Source: the human T2T-CHM13v2.0 reference genome, Homo sapiens. Taken from it: a stretch of DNA of 64,000 bases. The translations under genes were made by a program, and so were the position numbers. Location of the stretch: assembly GCF_009914755.1 (NCBI RefSeq), contig NC_060930.1; one strand, written 5' to 3'. Below, in pieces: positions 63,994 to 64,000 of the stretch. The notes beneath the pieces are model-generated. The model did not search any database. It was not told the DNA's origin and saw nothing but the letters and a program-made list of their open reading frames with translations. Position 1 is the stretch's first letter. Each line of letters starts with the position of its first letter.

Positions 63994-64000
63994 ATTGCAG

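Overview
Primate (very likely human) non-coding genomic DNA. I found no intact protein-coding gene; nearly all ORFs in the track come from Alu, L1, ERV or pseudogene sequence. The window holds about 36 Alu/FLAM copies, old L1/L2/L3/MIR fragments, several MaLR/ERVL LTRs and hAT/mariner MITEs. It also holds a nearly full-length decayed ERV-L provirus (MLT2 LTR-gag-pro-RT-RNaseH-IN-dUTPase, ~18.96-26.2 kb) and four retrocopies: MTRES1, RPS4X, RPL31 and a ~320-nt element at 491-809. That last element reads on + as a single LARP7 exon with intron flanks. On - it has AATAAA, a poly(A) remnant and an apparent exon-exon junction, so it looks like a processed copy of the antisense miR-302/367 host lncRNA rather than of LARP7 mRNA. 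Several fossil templated-insertion repair scars lie inside the ERV-L and a MADE1. Repeat names and reference sequences are from memory, not from a search, and many boundaries are approximate.
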